A stretch of 63,898 bases of DNA, filler included, from Octopus bimaculoides (GCF_001194135.2; 9 parts of 7 records of this genome joined end to end with filler, not necessarily neighbours in it); one strand, 5' to 3'. Counted from the whole stretch's first letter, positions 26,554 to 39,757 are shown. Made by a program: numbers and translations. The notes: generated from the sequence alone by a model not told the origin.

Positions 26554-26593
<40 letters not shown>

Positions 26594-27179
26594 TGTACGT
26601 GTGTATATACACATACATAATTAGAGGTAAATCTTAATATCTAGAGTTGAGGGAGCCGTATCATCTATCGTGGTTTTATCGTCACTCGATCTCCAGACCT
26701 TGTTTATATGCCCTATTTGTCTTACCAGCCGTAGAGACTGTCAGCCATAGTGAAGAGCGTGATGGCCGAGCCAAGGCGCCGTTCTCCCTCCCACCGAACG
26801 TCTATAAATCTAGATTGCTTGCATTCTCATTGCTTGGATCCGCAGCGGCATTTTTCGTCTTCATTGTCAAAAGGGCGTATGTTTATTTTATAAATAGGTG
26901 ATGGTTTTTGTCGGATATATATATATATACACACATACACACACAAACATCAAACATGTATTTATATTTATACATATTCTTGTATATGTAAACTGATATG
27001 CACGTTTATATATTTACAAATACATATATGTGTATAGATTTATATGCATATATATACCTATGTATATATATATATATNNNNNNNNNNNNNNNNNNNNNNN
27101 NNNNNNNNNNNNNNNNNNNNNTTAATTAATTAANNNNNNNNNNNNNNNNNNNNNNNNNNNNNNNNNNNNNNNNNNNNTG

Positions 27180-27278
<99 letters not shown>

Positions 27279-27518
27279 GTATATATATTGACAAAAATTT
27301 ATATGAGGTTAAATTAATTGTCCTTGTGGTGTGTGTGTCATTAATTTAACCTCAGTACAATATGTCTGAAAAGACAGGATGGTCATGAATGGAACACCAT
27401 TGATCACTGGTCTGCTCAGTCAAGACTGACCTAGCACTAACCAAGACATTATAGTCAAACTTGAGATTTGCTGTTAGATGACATGTTTTCTATAATGGAT
27501 GTGGACCATTTCTTTCAG

Positions 27519-27612
27519 GGTTGCTTGATAGTCAGTGATGAGCTCAACCATGCTTCATTGGTTCTAGGTTCACGCCTTTCTGGAGCCACCATACGTGTTT
27601 TCAAACATAACA
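27519..27612 (+). CDS. SPTLC2: Serine palmitoyltransferase 2, first visible coding exon ([31 protein letters not shown])
   Basis: tttcag acceptor and gtaagt donor; 94 nt, phase 0 to 1. Peptide matches the LCB2 SDELNHASL segment, whose His stacks on PLP. Confidence 0.96.
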
Positions 27613-28341
27613 GTAAGTAAATAAAAAATTGCAATATGCCAATAACTTTACTGACCCACACCCTCCCTTCCCCTAGCAAAGCAACTTGCAAAGCATTCTG
27701 TTTACAATGCCTTAAATTAGTTTGAGTGTTTTTATTAGAGTTTCTTAATATTTCTCTTCTCTCTCTTTTCCCTTTTCACTTTCTTCCCTGCAGCATCCCT
27801 TTCTTACTTCTTTCTTTCTCTTTTCATTCTCTCCCTTTCTAAGAACCAGTCTATTCTATATACCTGATTTTTGGAATGTTGCTCTTCACCTATTATTCAT
27901 TTTTACTTTCTAGTTCTGGAAGGGTTTAAAAACCTCATCCAGATACATTTACGTTCATTTTTGTCTTCTATTTAATTACAAATCAACAGAAGATAATATT
28001 GAAATTAATTCAGTGTGCATTTGTCCACATACATACACTCTTTTCTAAGCTAGTGTTTCTTCAATTTTCCACAAAAGAACTAAGATTATATTAATTTGCA
28101 TTACCAATAGTTTTAGTGTGATGAAATACAATTTAACTCTTATTAGACTTGTTGTAGCAAATATATGGTCAAAGGCATTTCAGCCATGGCCACAATATTG
28201 TCTAATTATTTTTTTTTAAGATGGTAGGATGTGAGATTTGGTTGCTATTTTTAGCAGGATGAGTGATCATATAGAGACTTCATCATTGACAAACTGCAAG
28301 TCTTGTTTTATAGGTACTACACAAACATTCTTATCTTGCAG

Positions 28342-28447
28342 ATATGGTATCTTTGGAAAAAATCTTGAAACAAGCTGTGGTCGAGGGTCAGCCAAGAACA
28401 CACCAGCCATGGAAAAAAATCCTCATTGTATGTGAGGGTATTTACAG
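28342..28447 (+). CDS. SPTLC2: SPTLC2 exon ([36 protein letters not shown])
   Basis: ttgcag acceptor and gtgaaa donor; 106 nt, phase 1 to 2, in frame with both neighbours. Contains LCB2 GQPRT..PWKKILI..EGIYS. Confidence 0.96.
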
Positions 28448-30964
28448 GTGAAAAATAACTGCTTTTTAATTTTCTTTCTCAACTTGCTCAGTTTGGAGGA
28501 AAAGGCAGTGTACTTGGCCTTTGTAGACTGTCCCTAAACTAGTAAGATTGGTGCTATTAATATTCCTCTTGTACCTTTGTAAATGAACATTTATAAGAAT
28601 GATGTGTAGAAAGAATTCCAGTGAGCCATTCTTGGCAGGAAGGATTGGGCATTGTGATTAGTATGAGGTCTGGGAAATTAAACACAACAAAGGTGATGAG
28701 AGGAGGTGAGAAATGAATAAGATAGGAATGTCTGCATGAAGATAGTATGAGTTCAGTCAGATCTGAGAAGTAGAGGCCATTTCTAGCAGGTTGTTGAACC
28801 ACACAGAGCTTCCTTGTTTACTCAAAATCTTTAGTTTTTTGCTCTGTTTAAATGTGTTAATCCTTTTGATACTAACCCATTTGGGACTACTCTTGCTTCA
28901 ATGATACAAACTATCCATTTGAAAGTGATTTAAAAACTTCGAACAAAATTTTGTGTTAATCTATATTACAAGCACCAACTTAATAGTGATATAATTATTT
29001 TACTAAATTCTCCATTCTTTTAAAAATTAATTGTAACAAAAGCAGTGTATTTCAGCAGAAATATGGTAAAAAAAAAAAATGTGTTAATTCCTTAACCCTC
29101 AAAGTGTATAAAGTAGTAGTGTTTGTCTGCTGGTGTTATCACTGACGGTCTTCTGTACTGTAGACAAGACACTGAATTTGTTGGTGCTGTTATTAGTGCT
29201 CTACTGTGGGCAAGACACTGAATGTCACTTGTAAATTCATTGGCTGAATATGGAGAAAAAGTGATAACCCAGTAAGGTAACATTGAACTCACTGAAAATT
29301 GATTAATTTGTCCTTGCAGGACTTACAATGTGCTGAAATTAAATCCTACTGCACAATGGTAAAAAGAATAGCTTGACTTTTTATACCTATATATCACTGT
29401 CATATAAACCTGCATTAGATATCATATAAGTGTAATAGTCATGTTTTTAACAACTACAGTGTTGCTTTTGACTGGTGTGCTTATATGAACTTTAGAAAGG
29501 TTTTGCGAGTTGAGGCAACTTTTTCAGGATGTTTGGGATTTTACCTGTAGAAGACGGCTTTATTTGAACTTGTACCGGATGAGGGAAGTATTAGACCATT
29601 TCAAATATTTAAAAAAAAAGAAAAAAATATCTTTTAATTACCTTTGAATGACTTTAAATTATTTAAAAAGTATTTTAATCATGAGTTAAAATCTTTAGTC
29701 AGTGGACAATTATTTTATTTTATTTTCATATTATTTATTTAACTAGTAGGACTGGTATTTTGAATTTTTAGTCGCTTTGTATAAAATTTTAGACCTTTTG
29801 TATTCTATTATATAAAAAATATATCTTAGGTTTTTTTATATATATTTTTAACTCGAATTAGATATATTTGTATTTTATTAGAATATATGCTTTTTAAAAT
29901 TGTACATTTTATATATATGTATTATTTTTATATTATATACTTTTCTTATGAGTTTGTGGACCATGGTGTATTTTTTTTATATATGATTGTTCGAGGGGTG
30001 ATGTTTTTGTTGTGTCGTTGGCCTGAACATAATGTTTTTATTCTTTCACTAATACCTTTTTATCCTAGTCTTATTTATATTTGAGCACTTCTTTTGCAGT
30101 CCTATATAAACTTTTTTGTTTCTTAATAGGAGACAAATATTATTACTGTTTTATTACTGTTTATATATATATATATATATATAAAAACAAATAATAAATG
30201 AGTATATGCATATATACGTACAGGTATGTGCATACCTACGTCTACCTGTATATATAGGTGCATATCTGGGTACAGGACATTGCAAACAAAACGTAGACAA
30301 GAAAATAATAATAACCAGAGTACAGAAAACACACAAGCCACATAGAGAACATTTTCCTTCANNNNNNNNNNNNNNNNNNNNNNNNNNNNNNNNNNNNNNN
30401 NNNNNNNNNNNNNNNNNNNNNNNNNNNNNNNNNNNNNNNNNNNNNNNNNNNNNNNNNNNNNNNNNNNNNNNNNNNNNNNNNNNNNNNNNNNNNNNNNNNN
30501 NNNNNATATATAAAATTTAATAATAAGGGTAGAAATTGATATTAATCAATTAAAACCAGTGGTCTAGCATATTAAAAAAATCCAAAGATTAAAATTATAT
30601 TACATACAAAAATAAGAAGAATGACCAGCAAAAGTGGACTCCTATATGCTAGAAATAGATGCCGAATCATCTAACCACGAAGAATATGTTCTCAGTAAAA
30701 ATTTCAGCGACACGACAGACTGTAAAAGGGCAAGACAAATGAAAAAATACTAAATAAACATTTATAAGAATGTTATGTGAACCAGAAATGAAATCGAATG
30801 TATGAGCTTCAAGCTGCCATTTTCACACATTATTCACCAGGTTTTTAAACAAATAAGGATAAGCATTTCCTTCAAACTTTCATTTCATATTTCAAAAAAT
30901 ATTCAAACACTGGTTATTCAAAAGAAAACCAGCAATTCTGAATACTTTCAGTTATAGTGTATTA

Positions 30965-30995
<31 letters not shown>

Positions 30996-31008
30996 ATACA
31001 TGTGTATG

Positions 31009-31041
<33 letters not shown>

Positions 31042-31252
31042 ATACATATACACAATTGATGAGAGAAACAGAAAATGAATTTGGTATGAATCTTCAATGC
31101 CATGATTGTTTCGATGACCTATCCTGCAGCTGTCGCTACTACATATACTGAATTCGTCCAGGTGTGTTGTACTCTTATAATATGTGGGTACATTAATAGA
31201 GAATAGAATAATTCTGGGGTTATAACCTGAAAATGGGTCTGGCTACATATAA

Positions 31253-31540
31253 CATTATGACATGCATGTACAAATCGGGTGTAAAATAGTACTACCCAAA
31301 TAAATATTTGGATGGTGGTTATCTAAAATAACCTATTGCAGAATATATGTTCCCACAGAGTGCATTTCTGTACTACTCAAATGTAGGTACGATATTAAAC
31401 CAACACATGGTGCACTAACACAGTAAACAATATAGTTGACCAACACTATCAACTGCCCAGACACTTAACACAGTTCTTTATTTATTGAAATCCGTTAGAC
31501 CACTTTCTGTCACATGGGTGTGTACAGGATTCCCATTACA
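31253..31540 (-). repeat. Gypsy 3' LTR
   Basis: Direct repeat of 37219-37492; adjoins the polypurine tract. Confidence 0.9.
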
Positions 31541-31552
31541 TCTCCCCTTTTT
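31541..31552 (-). promoter_or_regulatory. Polypurine tract (AAAAAGGGGAGA)
   Basis: Reverse complement of tctccccttttt, directly abutting the LTR. Confidence 0.85.
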
Positions 31553-33016
31553 GAGAATTAAACTCCGCCCAGAGTTTAATATCTTTTATGTTTAGGGTTT
31601 AATTCCAGTACTTCTGTTCTTTTCCTTTTTCTGGTACTTGAACATGTAGTTTCCGTTTGTTTAGATGTTGGCACTTCAAACGTATCATAAAATACTTCCA
31701 TGAGAATTTCATCTCTTGTGACCATTTCTTCCGTGAATCTTTTTCTAAGTTGGCTTGTATGTCTTTTATGTTCAAAATTTTTACCTTTTATCAACAATAA
31801 CACTTTTCAATTTGTTTAATAATTACACCATCCTCCCACCTTTCTTTACCATTTCTATAAAACTTTGTAACTTATCTTGAAAAATATTGAATTATATTTG
31901 TTGTTTGCCACTTTTCTTTTCTTTTTTTTACTCAGTAACAACTTGTCAAAGAGAGATTTAATCTTTCTAGCGAGCATTAATTCCACAGGTGACATTCCAG
32001 ACGGTGTATTGAGATTTAGGTGTTACTTGACATACTCTTAGAAATTGTTGGAAGGCTAGGTCATTCATTACTTCATTGTTCACCTGTTTTGGAACCCTTT
32101 TAAAAATATTGATAAAATGCTCTGCTTGTCCATTTTATGTAAGATGATACAGTGAAGTGGTCACATGTTCGATAAACATTTTACAAAATTTTTTGAACTC
32201 GTCTGAAGTAAACTGAGCTCCTTTATCAGACACATTGGTATCAGGAATACCATATCTGGCAAACAATTCATGTAAAAAACTTAGTGTAACTGTGGATGTT
32301 GGCTTTTTACATTTATGCACTTCAGGCCACTTAGAAAAACTGTCTACCACAACAAGGTAATATGACCCATTAAATGGACCTACATAATCAACATGCAGTC
32401 TGGACTGTGGGATATCTGTTTTTGGCTACAGTTGCCATTTTGTGGTAGGTGATTTTGCTGCGAGCACACAACCTCTACATGCTTTCACTAGTTCTTCAAT
32501 GTCATGGACCATTTTTGGGCAAACTTCTCATTAATGGTTACATTCTCAAAATCCCTGGGTGACTAATGTGAAATTCCTGTAGTAATCGCTTCTGTAGTGT
32601 GGCTGGCACTACAACTCTTTCTGCGTACATTAACACATTGTTGCAAATTAATAACAGGTTCAAATTTGTGTTGCATTCTGCAAAATGCGTATTTTTATCT
32701 CTTTTTCCAGCTGTCAGTATTTTTTTTTTTTTTTTTTTTTTTGATAAATTTATCATTTTCCACTTTTAATTCTATGTCTTGTAATGTAACTGGTAATTCA
32801 CATGACATTACATAAAATATTCTTAATTTCTTTTTCCTCTCGCAACCACAGTATCTCCAAACAGTTTAGAATTTTCAGGTATCAATCTTGACAAACAGCA
32901 TGTCCTAATTTTTTTAGATGGTATAAACTCCATCATAAAATCATAATTTAGTAATATAATACCCAGGCGTTGCAACTTATTTGTAGTATGGGTAGGGATT
33001 CTTTTTTCTGACCCAT

Positions 33017-34796
33017 CATCATCATTTAACATCTGTTGTCCATGCTGGAATAGGTTGGAGAGCTTGATTGGGTTGGCACGCTGGAAGGCTGTGCCAGGCT
33101 CCAGTCTGGTTTGGCATGGTTTTCTACAGCTGGATGCCCTTCCTAACGCCAACCACTCCGAGAGTTTAATGGGTGCTTTTACATACCACTGGCATGGGTG
33201 CCATTTGCATGACACCGGTATCTGCATAACTATGATTTTGCTCGGCTTGATGGTTCTTCTTCTGAAGCATGACATAATGCTAATGGTTTTGGTCATTGCG
33301 TTTGTGAGGTCCAACACTCGAAAGGAACTCAGCCACTTTGCCTCATGAGGCCCAACGCTTGAAAGGAACTCAGCCACTTTGCCTCCGTCAGGCCCACCTT
33401 TCAAAGGTTGATTTTTTTACATGCCACCAGCATGGGTGCACTTGGCTTGACGGGTCCTCTTAAGCAGAGCACATCGCCAAAGGTCTCAGTCACTAGTTAT
33501 TGCCTCTGTGAGGTCCAAAGTTTGAAGATCATGCTTCACCACTTTGTCCCATGTCTTCCTGGGTCTACCTCTACTACAGGTCCCCTCAACAGTTAGAGAT
33601 CGGCATTTCTTTACACTGCTGTCCTCGTCTATGCATCACATGAGATGAAAGGCCCTTTGTTACCAGTAAGGGTAGGAGCCCTCTGAACTTTGCTCAACCT
33701 AATCTTGTTCTCACAGCTATTCTCTCGGAACAACCATCTCCACTACTAACCTGGTCGCCTAGATACCAGAAGCTATCTTCTGCCTCTAGCTTGCCCCTCT
33801 GGCAGTTGATGGTATCTATTTTTTGCACATGTTCAACATTTATTATTCCTGTGCATCTGCCACATATAAAAGTTAGTTTCCCTGTTAACCTTCCTCTGAT
33901 GTTGCTGCACCTTTTGTGTGTCCAACACTTACACTGAGTGCATCTTATGGAGTTTCTACCTAAACCTTTTCTACAGATTGAGCGGGCCATCTACCTGAGG
34001 GGATTTGTGATTTGTTTACTTTCCTACTTACTATGACTTTGGTTTTTGCAAGGTTAACTCTAAGATCCTTTGATTTTAGACCTTGCTTCCATGCCTGGAA
34101 CTTCTTCTCTAGCTCAAGTAGTGATTCTATAAGAGCAAGGTCACCAGCATAGAGGTGCTCCCAAGTGCAGCCTGTCTTGAATTCCTCCATTATTGCCTGG
34201 AGGACTATGATGAACAAGAGGGGGCTGAGCACCGATCCTTGGTGAACCCCTACTTGTACCCTGAATTCTTTGCTGTAATCATTGCCCACCCGCATCTTAC
34301 TGGTAGTATCCCTATACAAGGTTTGTACAGCTCTCACCAACCACTTGTTTATCCCTAATTTCTGCATTGACTACCAGATAAGGGATCGGGGGACTATGTC
34401 AAAAGCTTTCTCTAAGTCAACAAAAGCCAAGTACAGAGGTTTATTTTTGGCTAGGTATTTTTCCTGAAGTTGCCTTACCAGGTAATATAGCTTCAGTGGT
34501 ACTTCTACCTGGCACTAAGCCAAACTACATCTCCTCTAGACTAACTCTCTCCCTAATTAGTTGGGCTATGACTCTCTCCACAGCTTTCATCACCTGATCT
34601 AATAATTTAATACCTCTGTAATTATTTCTATCTAAGGCATCACTTTTACCTTTGTAGCAGTTGACTATTGTGCTTCTACATCAGTCATTGGGTATGACTC
34701 CTTCATGAACCACCTGATTTACAACATGAGTGACTAGATCATAACCCACATTGCTGGATATTTTAGGCATCTCAGCAGTGATTCCTGATGGGAGGG
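33017..34796 (-). mobile_element. 5'-truncated RTE-clade LINE nested in the Gypsy RNase H region
   Basis: RT motif GVHQGSVLSPLLFIIV..LYAGDLAL and Cys-rich CTQCKCWTHKRCS. The 3' UTR contains gagtggttggcgttaggaagggcatccagc and ends in a (GAT)n tail. Confidence 0.92.
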
Positions 34797-37203
34797 CATA
34801 TATAGATAATAACAGACAATGAGAAGTTTGTAACTGAAAATTTCTACCGTTTAAAAATCTATGGCTGTAATTTTTCTCTGCTGGTAGCAGTGAACATGAG
34901 GCATGTTACTATCTTCGTATTACTACTCCTATACCATACTTACTGGTACCTGAAGCTACTACAAATTCTCCTGCATGATCAAAATGTGCTAAAGACAAAT
35001 CTGATGTTAATGTTTTTAATTTCGTCGAATGTGTTCTGACAATTTTCTGACCAATTCCACTTCGTCTTTTTTAGTAGATTATTTAGTGGAACTCTTACCT
35101 TGTGCATATTTGACATATAAATTTGATGGCCAGTCCCAAAAAAGCTTGTATGGTAGATATATTTGTCAGAGTGGGCATATATTTAATCACATCTGCCCTC
35201 AACAGATCTGGTTGACAACCATTTTTATCAATGATTGGTCCTAAGTACTTAATTTTAGACAAGAAAAATTCACATTTCTCCTCACTAAATTTGAAACCAT
35301 AATCTCTTATTTTTTCAAAAATGCATTTCACATGCTCAACATGCTGATCACTGGATTCACTTTTAATTAACATATCATCCAGGTAGAGCATTGCGAAGTT
35401 ACATGCTGCAAGCATCGCATCCATCACTTGTTGGAATATAGCTGGAGCAACTTTCCTGCCAAATGGGAGCTGGTTAAATTTGTACAGACCTTTATGGGTA
35501 TTGATAGCAGTTTAGTACATACATTTTCCACTTGTATTTGTAAGCAAGCAACAGAACAATCTAATTTTAAGAACAATGTACCACCATTTAATTTCAAGAT
35601 TTCCTAGGCAATGGTTAGTTATACAGTCTTATATGTTTTAGTCCCATCGAAAAATCTGCACATACACAAACTTTATTGTTCTTTTTAATATACACTGTTG
35701 GAAACACCCAATGTAAATAATTAATCTTTTCAACCACTCCCATTTTTTTTTCCAGTCTGTCTAATTCCTTATTTACTTGTTCCAGTACTGCAAATGGTAC
35801 GTTATGTTTGGGTTTGAAAACTGGTAATGAATTTTCTTTTACCTGAAATTTAGTTTTAAATTTATTGCACCAACCCAACTTGTCTGAAAAAACATCAGGG
35901 AACAACCTTTTTACTTCTTTTTAAAAATTTTCTGACTCTGTATTACAAAAATTATTTATGGGTAAAATCCCAAAAGTCAAACAGTTCCATTCAGTCAGTT
36001 CCTAAAAGGTTGCTCGTATTTTTAATACTTTTGCTTTTATAGTCTTACTGTGAAATATAACGTTACAGATAATTTCACCTTTAAAAATCAATTTAATCCC
36101 TGAGATTCCACTTCTAATCTTCAAGGTTTTTTGTAGTGTAGGTTTCCCGATTGTTTTCCATGTGTTTTCATTAATTAAAGTTATGTCACTATCTGTATCT
36201 AACTGTAATTTTACATTTGTATTGTTAATTTTTACATACACAAATTTCCTTTGAGTCTCATTTGTATTTCTTGTCACCAATAAACTGTTTACATGATTTT
36301 TTTCTGTTGAGCCATTTTTTACGTTTTGTTTCACAGTATGATTTTTTTTATAACCTATCTTACCTCACTTGAAGCATTTTCAACTTTTATAAGGACAGTC
36401 GAATCTGTAGTGTAATTCACCACATCCACAACAAGGGTTAATTTTCTTTTCATTTCCTATTTTTGGTTGCACCTACTGTATATGAGAGTAAATTTTTCAT
36501 TTTTTACCTTTGATCGCACCAACTGTATATGAGACCAGTTTCTTACTTCAGTTTGTTCTGTATCGTGCCTTATTCTCTAGCATTCCTCATTTATTTCTTG
36601 TAGTGTTAGCTTCTGATTCTGCTCTAATTTAGTCAAAATAAAGTTACAAATTTCTGCCTCTTTTTTTGTCTTTAAATCTCTTGCATTCCCTATTGATGAT
36701 TCCAGCATATGTAATAAAATCTTTGACCTTTTTTTTTTTTGTAATATTCATGCATTGCCAACGCATAGGAAATAGAGCTTTTTTCACTGAAAATCTTTGA
36801 TAGAATATTTAGTTTCTTCAAAACATACTTCGCCTGGTCTCTTTGGTAAATATGTAACTGCAATATTTCTCATGCTCGTCTGGTGCCAACATTCTCAACA
36901 AAGGTCAAGTTTTTTCTCATCTTGTCAGTTGCAGCATTCTTCTTTAAAAATTTCCTCATACCTTCTAAAGTAAGCAGAACAAGTAGTACCTTCATCTGGG
37001 TTATATGCAAACTCTCTGATTGAGTTTGCAACCGTGTCAGACGTGAACAAACTAGATGTATTTTCTCTTTTTTTCTGTATCAGTTGTAGTAACCGTTGCT
37101 GTTTCTGTAATTCCAACAACTGTTGTTGCTGTAATTGAATTACCGAAGCTAATAAACTTTCCATGTTAAAACAAAAAACCTGTCCAGTATGAGCTTCGAA
37201 TAA

Positions 37204-37214
37204 TCTTGTTGCCA
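37204..37214 (-). promoter_or_regulatory. Primer binding site (TGGCAACAAG)
   Basis: TGG-initial motif four nt inside the 5' LTR boundary on the minus strand. Confidence 0.7.
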
Positions 37215-37218
37215 AAAA

Positions 37219-37492
37219 TGTTATGATGTGCATGTACACGTCAGGTGTAAAATAGCACTACCCAAATAAATATTTGTAATGTGGTTATCTAGAATAACCC
37301 ATCACAATATTTGTTCACACAGAACACATTCCGTACTACCCAAATATTAAACCAACATGTCACACTAACACAGTAACCAATACAGTCAACCAACTCTGTC
37401 AGCTGCCCTGACAATTCACACAGTTCTTTATTTATTGAAATCCATTAGTCCACTTTCAGTCATGTGGGGGTGTACAGGATTCTCCCATAACA
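37219..37492 (-). repeat. Gypsy 5' LTR
   Basis: TGTTA...TAACA termini; homologous to 31253-31540. Confidence 0.9.
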
Positions 37493-37932
37493 AACATAAA
37501 TTAAAATAATAAAAGATAGAAAATAAAACCTGCCAAAGAATAAAAATTGAAAGTTAAAAGGGAGAAGCATAGTTATACATTTGACATGAACACATATAGA
37601 CATACACACACTCGCTCATGCCACCTAGGGAATGTCATTTAATGTGGTCATAAACAATTAAGGTGGTCGTAGATAAATGGTATCTGGCTCCCCACTGTAT
37701 AGCAAATTCTACAGTCAGTTACAGATGACTGGGCTGGCATATTAGGGAAAGGGTTAGGGTTACTCACACATATGCTCACACATATGCAAGTATTTATATA
37801 TATATATATACATAGACGTACTCACATATGTTTTGTGGTGGATTGACACTTGCCAAACTCAGAAGTATTCATGCTCACACATACGCAAGTATTTGTATAT
37901 ATGCATAAATGCACACACATACATATATTTAG

Positions 37933-39052
37933 TTGACACATGCCAAACTTAGGTCTGGTAAGATTGCTGAGATGCTTGAATAGAGACATGTAGATTTGTG
38001 CTGCATCCAAGAAGTAAGGTGGAAAGGAAGTTCTGCTAGGTTCCTCACAGGCAAAGAACATAGGTATAAGATTTTCTGGGCAGGGAACAATGACGGGGTC
38101 GTGGGTATACTTCTTGCGGAGAAATGGGTTGATAGAGTAATTGAGGTAATCGGAGTCTGTGATAGAATGCTTAAGAGTTAGCAACCATTATCTCATCCTA
38201 TGCCCCTCAGTCGAGCTTACCTGATGAACAGAAAGACTGATTTTATGACGCCCTCTTGCAGACTACTTCGTCAACAAATGACAGGGACCTTCTCTTTGTG
38301 GCTGGTGACTTCAATGAGCATGTGGAAGACAACAGGAGGTTTCTACGAGACAACCTGTTGAAGGCTACTGACCAGATCTGTGGATGGTGCAAAGTCCCTT
38401 CTTGAACCAAAGTGATGTGCTGGTGGGACAATGTAGTTGACAGGGCCATTAGGGAAAAGAAACAGGCATGGAAGGACTGGAAGAACAGTGGTAGCAGGGA
38501 ATTGTATCAGGTTGCCAGAGGGGAAGCAGATAAGAAAAAATTTGCCAATGTTCTGCGTTGAGAGGACCAAAGACTTGAAGTGTTTCATGTTGCAAGACAG
38601 TGTGTGAGAGAATCATAGGAGAGAAATGTGTCCACATGGATAATGGCTCACTTGCATTTAATGAGGTTGCAAAGAGAGAGACTTGGAGACGCCACTATGA
38701 AAGGTTACTAAATGAAGAGAATGAATGGGAGAAAGAGAGTCTGCCGAATGTCGACCCAACAGAGGGACCAGCTATCCGAATCGACAGTACCTTGGTAAAT
38801 AAAGCAATTAAGAGTATGAAGACATGGATAGCCCCCGGCCCATCAGGAATCACCGCAGAGATGCTTAAAATATCTGGTAGTGTAGGTTATAGTCTAGTCA
38901 CTCGTATAGTCAATCAGGTGATACATGAAGGAGTCATTCCTAATGACTGGTGTAGCAGCACCATAGTCAGCTGCTACAAAGGTAAAGGTGATGCATTAGA
39001 TATGAATAATTACAGAGGTATCAAGTTGTTGGATCAGGTAATGAAAGTCATC
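37933..39052 (+). mobile_element. RTE-clade LINE fragment (APE endonuclease to start of RT), same family as 33017-34796
   Basis: LCCIQEVRWKG..YKIFWAG..VGILLAEKWVD, then APGPSGITAEMLK and CYKGKGDALDMNNYRGIKLLDQVMK; stops and deletions. Confidence 0.92.
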
Positions 39053-39537
39053 TTGATACACCAAACATTTCAGCTGTTTTCATTACGCTAGCGTCTGACA
39101 TACAAGCACCAACAATTTAATCTCTTTAAAAGTTCAATAGATCTGTTATTTTAATGAATTTTAATTACCTTTTTCTGATGATATCTGAAAAGAAACAACA
39201 GTTTTAGCAAAACATATTAAGCAACACTAATAATAAATTTAAAAAAGCATGAAAATAAACAAGCTTTTGATGGTTTCATAGATATTTCAAAATTATGATG
39301 CTAGGTGTTTCCATTATTTTGTCCAACCCCTGTATATGTATGTATGTTCATATATGTACATCTATATATATGTGTATATGCAGATATGTGTACATATATA
39401 CAGGCACACACATCATGTATAAAACTTTTGGCATCTTCCCTGTGGAAGAATGCTTGTGTGAATGATATATTTCCAATAAAAGTTTCTTGTAGAAAATGAA
39501 GGTTTATTTTGTTTTTTTATTAATTATATCTTTTTAG

Positions 39538-39757
39538 CATGGAAGGTTCTATCTGCCGACTTCCTGAAATAGTGCACTTAAAGAAAAAGTACAAGGCTTA
39601 TTTGTATCTTGATGAAGCTCACAGCATCGGTGCTATTGGTGATAATGGTCGTGGTGTCTGTGAGTATTTTGGAATTGATCCATGTGACGTTGATGTTATG
39701 ATGGGAACATTTACTAAAAGCTTTGCCTCAGCTGGTGGATATATTGGTGGCTCAAAG
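39538..39757 (+). CDS. SPTLC2: SPTLC2 exon with catalytic PLP lysine ([10 protein letters not shown]...YLDEAHSIG...[18 protein letters not shown])
   Basis: tttttag acceptor and gtaatc donor; 220 nt. Carries the DEAH and GTFTKSF motifs of alpha-oxoamine synthases; Lys codon at 39716-39718. Confidence 0.98.

Larger units (their letters stand above)
31253..37492 (-). mobile_element. Decayed full-length Ty3/Gypsy LTR retrotransposon (Mag-like) in SPTLC2 intron
   Basis: Two LTRs. Minus-strand order is gag (36925-37239), protease LQLDTDSDITLI (36002-36334), RT LYLDDMLI (35095-35427), RNase H LAHFD..SLLPAEKNYS..NKLQRLGIILLNYDF, then integrase HISHPG and VDSFSKWPEV..GIPD..VSDKGAQFTS. RT-RH-IN order indicates Gypsy. 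Confidence 0.95.

Noticed and set aside
31245-31252. Gypsy target site duplication
   Set aside because: Left flank (tataa) and right flank (aacat) do not match convincingly, so no TSD is claimed.
32823-33404. 193-aa minus-strand ORF as a host gene
   Set aside because: Chimera of RTE 3' UTR read through into Gypsy RNase H across the insertion junction.
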